Shown here: piece by piece, positions 6,111 through 6,210 of the stretch | Layout of the letters: the number at the start of each line of letters is the position of its first letter | Position numbering within the stretch: the stretch's first letter is position 1 | Source of the DNA: Octopus sinensis | Lineage: Eukaryota | Assembly: GCF_006345805.1 (NCBI RefSeq) | Contig: NW_021829431.1 | Span: forward strand, 1 to 6,210 | Length of the DNA stretch: 6,210 nt | Direction: 5' to 3' | Position numbers and translations under genes: made by a program | Notes under the pieces: model-generated | Database searches by the model: none | What the model was told of the DNA's origin: nothing | What the model saw: only the letters and a program-made list of their open reading frames with translations

Positions 6111-6210
6111 CATTGGTATTCTGCAGCAAAGCCAAAACATTTTCTTATTTAGCTTAGAGTTTTTAAAGATATCTTACTTTATCGTGTGTATTTTATCCTC
6201 TTTATTATCG

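Noticed and set aside
1-6210. CRISPR array, prokaryotic operon, or genuine tRNA/rRNA genes
   Set aside because: No repeat-spacer array or bacterial gene structure. The A/B boxes belong to SINE heads, not complete cloverleaf tRNAs.

Overview
Repeat-dense, AT-rich animal genomic DNA, probably from an octopus (inferred from the SINE families, not proven). No intact host gene is supported. The window contains: compound microsatellites; two long fold-back palindromes (335-706 perfect with zero spacer; 922-1213 near-perfect); several copies of two tRNA-derived SINE families; a mariner-derived MITE (2009-2265); a 5'-truncated CR1-type LINE nested inside a SINE (3853-4455); a GC-rich orphan reading frame fused to a SINE tail (1617-1876); and a probable heavily decayed Polinton/Maverick protein-primed DNA polymerase B relic (~5405-6110). 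The most notable signal is in the second palindrome. Each arm carries a Penelope-type minimal hammerhead ribozyme motif pointing outward from the centre. The only substitution between the arms falls on the ribozyme's variable N7 position, and a 3-nt duplication disturbs helix I of one copy. All calls were made by eye without database searches.
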